Of a stretch of 37,021 nt of DNA, positions 32,377 to 37,021 are shown piece after piece. This DNA is from Gemmatimonadota bacterium (GTDB lineage Bacteria > Gemmatimonadota > Gemmatimonadetes > Longimicrobiales > RSA9), in assembly GCA_040905425.1 (NCBI GenBank), contig JBBDRO010000025.1:1-37021 (forward strand). The letters are read 5' to 3'. Numbering within the stretch: position 1 is the first letter of the stretch; each line of letters starts with the position of its first letter. The position numbers were made by a program, and so were the translations under genes. Under the pieces are notes generated by a model. The model did no database searches. It was not told where the DNA came from and was given only the letters and a program-made list of their open reading frames with translations.

Positions 32377-35088
32377 ATGAACAGAACCACCTTCCGTACG
32401 CTGCTGGCCGCGATCCTGTTGGGCCTGGCCCTGCCGTCGGCGGCCCATGCCCAGACGGGCGTGACCACGCCCGAGCAGGAGTTCGGCCATTTCATCGGCG
32501 CGGATTACGTGCTCCCGAACTACACCCAGTTCCTTGCCTACTGGCAGAAGCTGGCGCGGGAGTCGGACCGCATGGTGCTCGACACGCTGGGGCAGACGGC
32601 CTACGACCGTCCCCAGGTGATGGCCATCATCACCTCCCCGGCCAATCACGCCCAGCTCGAGCGCTACCGCACCATAGCCCGGCGCCTGGCGCGGGGTGAG
32701 GTGGCCTCGGAGGCCGAGGCGCGCCAGCTGGCCGAGGAGGGCAAGGCGGTGGTCTGGTTCGACGGCGGGCTGCACGCCACGGAGGTGCTGGGCGCCCAGC
32801 AGCTCATGGAAACGGTCTACCAGCTCGTCTCCCGCACGGACCGGGAGACGCTCCGTCTGCTGGACGATCTCATCATCCTGGCCGCCCACGCCAATCCCGA
32901 CGGCATGGAGCTGGTCTCCGACTGGTACATGCGCGAGAGCGATCCGCAGGAGCGCTCCACGGGCGGCATCCCCGTGCTCTACGAGAAGTACGCCGGTCAT
33001 GACAACAACCGTGATTTCTTTGCCTCGCACCTGCCGGAAACGGAGAACATCAACACGGCGCTCTACCGTACCTGGTACCCACAGATCGTCTACAACCACC
33101 ACCAGACGGGGCCCGCCGGGACGGTGATGTTCGCGCCTCCGTTCCGCGACCCGTTCAACTACAACTTCGATCCGCTGGTGGTGTTGGGCATCGACCGGGT
33201 GGGCTCGGCCATGCACGAGCGCTTCCTGCGCGAGGGTAAGCCGGGCGTCACCATGCGCTCCGGCGCGTCCTACTCCACGTGGTGGAACGGCGGACTGCGC
33301 ACCACGCCGTACTTCAAGAACATGATCGGCCTGCTCACCGAGACGATCGGCAATCCCACGCCGCAGACCATACCGTTCATTCCGGGCCGTCAGCTCCCGC
33401 ACGGCGATCTGCCGGACCCCATCGAGCCGCAGGTCTGGCATTTCCGCCAGTCCGTCGACTACTCGGTGACGGCCAATTACGCCGTCTTCGACTACGCCTC
33501 GCGTCAGAAGGACCAGCTGCTCTTCAACATCTGGCGCATGGGTCGGAATGCCATCGAGCGCGGCAACCAGGACAGCTGGACCGTCACCTATCGCACGATC
33601 GAGGAGGCCGAGGCGGAGCTGGGCGGCGGCCGCATGGGGGAGGAGGAGTTCGCCCGGGCGCTCCGCAAGCCGGAGGATCGTGATCCGCGGGGCTACATCC
33701 TCTCCGCGGACCAGCCGGATTTCCTCACCGCGCGCAAGTTCATGGAGGCGCTCCTGGAGGGCGGCGTCGAGGTGCGGATGGCCACGCGTGCCTTTACGGT
33801 GGCCGGTACGGACTATCCGGCGGGCTCTTATGTGGTACCGGCGGCTCAGGCGTTCGCGCCGCACGTTTTCGACATGTTCGAGCCGCAGGAGCATCCGGAT
33901 GACATCCCCTACGAGGGGGCGGATCCGGTGCCCCCCTATGACGCCTCCGGCTGGACGCTGGCCTATACCATGGGCGTGAAGTTCGACCGCGTGCTGGAAG
34001 GCTTCGACTGCCCGTGTGAGCCCATAGAGGCCGCCACGCCGCCGCTCCCCGCGGGCCGGGTCGGGCAGGCGCAGGCCGGCTGGGTCCTGGATCATCGGGT
34101 GAATGACGCGTTCGTGGCGCTGAACACCCTGCTCGGGGCCGGGCACGACGTCTACTGGCTCGAGCAACCGGTCCGGGCCGGCGCCGTCACCTATCCCACG
34201 GGCGCCTTCTTCATCCCGGCGGGCGGCAACGTGCGGACCCATCTGGAGACCCTGGCGCGCGACCGTGGCCTGGTTTTCGAAGGCCTGTCCAGCGCCCCGG
34301 CCGACCGCGGACTGCCTCTGAAGCCAGTGCGGGTGGGCCTCGTGGACCGCTACGGCGGCAACATGCCCACCGGCTGGACGCAGCTCATCCTGGAGGAGTT
34401 TGCCTTCCCCTTCGAGCTGGTCTACCCTGGCACCCTGGACGGGGGCAACCTGAACGCGGACTTCGACGTCCTGGTCTTCGTGAACGGCATGACCTTCGGC
34501 TCCGGCGGCGGCGGGGGCCCGGACCCCGCGTCCATCCCGGCTGAGTACCGGGACCGGCTGGGCAGGCTCACCCGGGAGGCCACGCTCCCACGCGTGCGCG
34601 AGTTCATGGAGGCGGGCGGGACGGTGATTGCCATCGGCAACGCCGCGGAATCCTTCGTGGACGGCCTCGAACTTCCGGTGGGGGACCACATGGTCGACGA
34701 GGCCGCCCGCCCACTGTCCCGCTCCGAATTCTTTGCTCCGGGCTCGGTCCTGGAGGCGCGGCTGGACACCTCCCTGCCCATCACCGCCGGGATGGATGAG
34801 CACGTGGACGTGTTCTACAGCGGCAGCCCCGTCTTCGAAGTGGGCGCCGTGGCCCGTACCGCCGGCATCCAGCCCATTGCCTGGTATGACAGCGCCACGC
34901 CGCTGCGCAGCGGTTGGGCCTGGGGGCAGGAGCGGCTCGAGGGCGGCGTGGCCGCGCTCCAGGCCGCCGTGGGTCAGGGCCAGCTCTACCTCTTCGGGCC
35001 GGAGATTGCCTTCCGAGCCCAGCCCCACGGGACGTTCAAGTTCCTCTTCAACGGGATCTATCACGGCCCTGCCGCCGCCGGCAGGTAG
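32377..35088 (+). CDS. Secreted M14-family zinc carboxypeptidase, 903 aa
   Basis: AGGAG RBS, signal peptide (AHA|Q), GGLHATE, ANPDG, GHDNNRD, YNHHQ. Confidence 0.92.
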   Translation: MNRTTFRTLLAAILLGLALPSAAHAQTGVTTPEQEFGHFIGADYVLPNYTQFLAYWQKLARESDRMVLDTLGQTAYDRPQVMAIITSPANHAQLERYRTIARRLARGEVASEAEARQLAEEGKAVVWFDGGLHATEVLGAQQLMETVYQLVSRTDRETLRLLDDLIILAAHANPDGMELVSDWYMRESDPQERSTGGIPVLYEKYAGHDNNRDFFASHLPETENINTALYRTWYPQIVYNHHQTGPAGTVMFAPPFRDPFNYNFDPLVVLGIDRVGSAMHERFLREGKPGVTMRSGASYSTWWNGGLRTTPYFKNMIGLLTETIGNPTPQTIPFIPGRQLPHGDLPDPIEPQVWHFRQSVDYSVTANYAVFDYASRQKDQLLFNIWRMGRNAIERGNQDSWTVTYRTIEEAEAELGGGRMGEEEFARALRKPEDRDPRGYILSADQPDFLTARKFMEALLEGGVEVRMATRAFTVAGTDYPAGSYVVPAAQAFAPHVFDMFEPQEHPDDIPYEGADPVPPYDASGWTLAYTMGVKFDRVLEGFDCPCEPIEAATPPLPAGRVGQAQAGWVLDHRVNDAFVALNTLLGAGHDVYWLEQPVRAGAVTYPTGAFFIPAGGNVRTHLETLARDRGLVFEGLSSAPADRGLPLKPVRVGLVDRYGGNMPTGWTQLILEEFAFPFELVYPGTLDGGNLNADFDVLVFVNGMTFGSGGGGGPDPASIPAEYRDRLGRLTREATLPRVREFMEAGGTVIAIGNAAESFVDGLELPVGDHMVDEAARPLSRSEFFAPGSVLEARLDTSLPITAGMDEHVDVFYSGSPVFEVGAVARTAGIQPIAWYDSATPLRSGWAWGQERLEGGVAALQAAVGQGQLYLFGPEIAFRAQPHGTFKFLFNGIYHGPAAAGR

Positions 35089-35108
35089 GCGGGCCCAGCC
35101 CGGGCCAT

Positions 35109-35139
35109 GCGGCGTCGTCCCCATTGGGGACGGCGCCGT
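35109..35139 (+). terminator. GC-rich hairpin downstream of the M14 gene, terminator-like but without U-tract
   Basis: GCGGCGTCGTCCCC-ATT-GGGGACGGCGCCGT, 14-bp stem with two G.U pairs. Confidence 0.5.
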
Positions 35140-35252
35140 GCTCGTGGACCGCGTGTCCGCCCGGGGCGGAGGGGGATCCGGCCGTTCCGGCGGCTAGGGC
35201 GCAGACGTCCGGCGCGGAAAATGCTTGCCCACGGACAGCCACCGCGGACATC

Positions 35253-35262
35253 TTGTATACAA
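35253..35262. promoter_or_regulatory. Palindrome TTGTATACAA, candidate GntR-type operator
   Basis: Perfect 10-bp AT-rich palindrome 24 nt upstream of ATG 35287. Confidence 0.45.
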
Positions 35263-35286
35263 AGACAATCAACGGGGAGGGGGCAT

Positions 35287-35691
35287 ATGGGGACGGAGGT
35301 CAGGGTGCGAAAGGATCCTACGGCGCGGCGGGTCACGGAGTTGGAGAATGCTTTTCGCGCGCTCACCAGCACGCATCCGGGGCTTTCCGTGGACGTGGTC
35401 GGGCGTGTGAGTGGAGCCGAGGCGCTGGTGCATCCCACGGCCGGCTTCCGGACGCGCCTCAGAGACGGACAGCATCACGCCGGCGTGGAGCTCTACATCT
35501 CTGCGAACTATGCGGAGTTGACGCGCTGGCAGGGCCCGAGCCCCGCCGGGCCGGGCGCCGTGCGCGAGCGCTTCCACGTGGATCTGGAGATGGGTTACGA
35601 GTGGGGTGATAGCGAGTTCCCCGACGCGGCGGCCCTGGCCCACGATCTGGTGGCCTACATGCAGTACAACCTGGATACCATGCTCTCCTGA
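35287..35691 (+). CDS. Hypothetical protein, 134 aa
   Basis: GGGAGG RBS, protein-like composition, fills the intergenic gap; no recognised motif. Confidence 0.75.
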   Translation: MGTEVRVRKDPTARRVTELENAFRALTSTHPGLSVDVVGRVSGAEALVHPTAGFRTRLRDGQHHAGVELYISANYAELTRWQGPSPAGPGAVRERFHVDLEMGYEWGDSEFPDAAALAHDLVAYMQYNLDTMLS

Positions 35692-35712
35692 GATTCCAGG
35701 CGACGATGCCCG

Positions 35713-36882
35713 TCAGCCGCCGGCCTCCTGTTCCGTCTCCTCGCGATCCGCAAACTCGTCGCTGGCCGTGTCCGCCTCGATGCCGGGCAGGGCTTCCGGA
35801 TTGATCCAGCCCGCCTCGGCCGCATGCCGCGCCGCGGCCACGGTGTCGCGCGCCAGCACCAGGTCACTGCCCGCACGCCGCACCTCCTCCCGGAGGGCGG
35901 CGATCTCTTCGCGGCGCGGCCCGATACCGCCCACGTCGCGTATATAGACGGCCATGATCCGGTTCGAGTACGCGCCCACGATCTCGTGATAGATCTCGGG
36001 ATCCTCCTGGCCGCTGTCGCCGATGAGAATGAACGGGAGGGTGGGGTAGCTGTCCAGAATGTGGCGGATGGCTTCCAGCTTGTGCACGCGGTGCCGGGTA
36101 GGCATGGACCGCTCTCCCGTCCAACCCCAGTCGCGTAGCAGGATCGGCCCCAGCGGAATGGCCCGGTGCTCCATGAACTCCACCAGTAGCTCGTAGAAGT
36201 TCCACGGTCCGCTGGAGACATAGAATAGGGGGTTGGGACCGCCACCCCGCGGCCCGGTGTGCAGTGCCCGGTAGAATGCGGACACGCCGTGGAAGGGAAT
36301 GCGCGTGCGGGCATTGCCGAACACCACCAGGCGGGCCATACGCAGGAAGCTGGTGGCGTCGGTGCGTACCACCGTGTCATCGATGTCCGAGATCACGCCG
36401 AAGGTAGCCGCGGCGGCGGGGGTCAGCACGTGCGCCACGGTGCGTGGCGGCGGGCCTTCTGCGGGCCGCGGCTCCACCAACTCCACCGTCACCTGGTGCC
36501 AGCGCCTGTCCGCCGGTAGCGGCGCGGCGGGGCGGAGCCAGGCGCGGAAATAGCCCTCGCGGTCTGAGACCGCCTGCTGCTCGGTGCCACCCCCGCTGAG
36601 CCGCACGCGTGCGCCCGGCACCTCGTCACTCCCGAGCCGCCGGTAGGCGCTCCACGCGTTTCGCCACCAGGGGTCGGCGGCGTCCGCCTCGGCCACGGGC
36701 CGACCCCGCAGCACGCGACCCTGGACGAAGAGGCCCGCCGCACCGCCCCACCCCCGATACGTCACGATATGATGGTCGCCGGGCGGCAGCCCCAGGGTGC
36801 GGGTGACCTGCCGCCGCGCCTGCCGTATTCCCGGTCGGGCCGCGGCAGCGAGCTGCGTCAGTACCTTTTCCCAAACCGCCAT
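35713..36882 (-). CDS. App1/DUF2183-family phosphatidate phosphatase (HAD-like)
   Basis: GVISDIDDTV, FYVSSGPWNFY, FILIGDSGQEDPEIY, VYIRDV; GGAG RBS. Confidence 0.92.
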   Translation of the reverse strand: MAVWEKVLTQLAAAARPGIRQARRQVTRTLGLPPGDHHIVTYRGWGGAAGLFVQGRVLRGRPVAEADAADPWWRNAWSAYRRLGSDEVPGARVRLSGGGTEQQAVSDREGYFRAWLRPAAPLPADRRWHQVTVELVEPRPAEGPPPRTVAHVLTPAAAATFGVISDIDDTVVRTDATSFLRMARLVVFGNARTRIPFHGVSAFYRALHTGPRGGGPNPLFYVSSGPWNFYELLVEFMEHRAIPLGPILLRDWGWTGERSMPTRHRVHKLEAIRHILDSYPTLPFILIGDSGQEDPEIYHEIVGAYSNRIMAVYIRDVGGIGPRREEIAALREEVRRAGSDLVLARDTVAAARHAAEAGWINPEALPGIEADTASDEFADREETEQEAGG

Positions 36883-36953
36883 GCAGCTCCGTCGATGCTG
36901 GGTCCACATGCCTCCTGGCACCGTGATGCAAGCTGAACGGCGGCGAGAGGCGT

Positions 36954-37021
36954 GGCAAGCCGGTGCGGCAAGCCGGTGCGGCAAGCCGGTGCGGCAAGCC
37001 GGTGCGGCAAGCCGGTGCGGC
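36954..37021. repeat. Tandem repeat, 13-bp unit GGCAAGCCGGTGC x5 plus partial copy, running off the window end
   Basis: Five exact copies 36954-37018 then GGC. Confidence 0.97.

Noticed and set aside
32302..35124. Long antisense or alternate-frame ORFs (for example 940, 803, 645 and 616 aa)
   Set aside because: Shadows of real genes in high-GC DNA with few stop codons and no recognisable motifs

Overview
A very GC-rich bacterial window, probably a whole contig, since both ends lie inside short tandem repeats. Gene content suggests Gemmatimonadota, but this is an unverified inference. No rRNA, tRNA, CRISPR array or transposase was seen. Left part: a minus-strand run encoding a 4-TM YvlD/holin-like protein, a class A beta-lactamase-fold serine hydrolase, an M15-type peptidase, a PafA/Dop-like (GS/GCS-fold) ligase with no Pup partner, DUF4159 and a two-subunit TPP decarboxylase. 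Next come a lipoprotein, a ~1430-aa M14 peptidase frameshifted in a C7 run, a GNAT, a patatin-barrel protein, and a DUF1704/MATCAP-like peptidase paired with a GshB-like ATP-grasp ligase. The centre (17.4-31.8 kb) is a divergently arranged multiheme cytochrome locus with 60 CxxCH and 3 CX4CH motifs by manual count. Its leftward arm encodes a NapC/NirT-anchored 20-heme protein, a beta-barrel and an 18-heme protein. Its rightward arm encodes a TPR lipoprotein, a monoheme lipoprotein, a degenerate Abi/CPBP membrane protein, a histidine kinase, a sigma54 activator, a split CbcL-like 11-heme c plus cytochrome b pair, a 13-heme lipoprotein and a stand-alone Fis HTH. A UAS-IHF-sigma54 promoter layout precedes the Abi gene. 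The locus looks like a candidate quinone-to-cell-surface electron conduit. Right part: a frameshifted small membrane protein, a second M14 peptidase, a hypothetical protein and an App1-family phosphatase. All family calls come from motif reading, not database searches.
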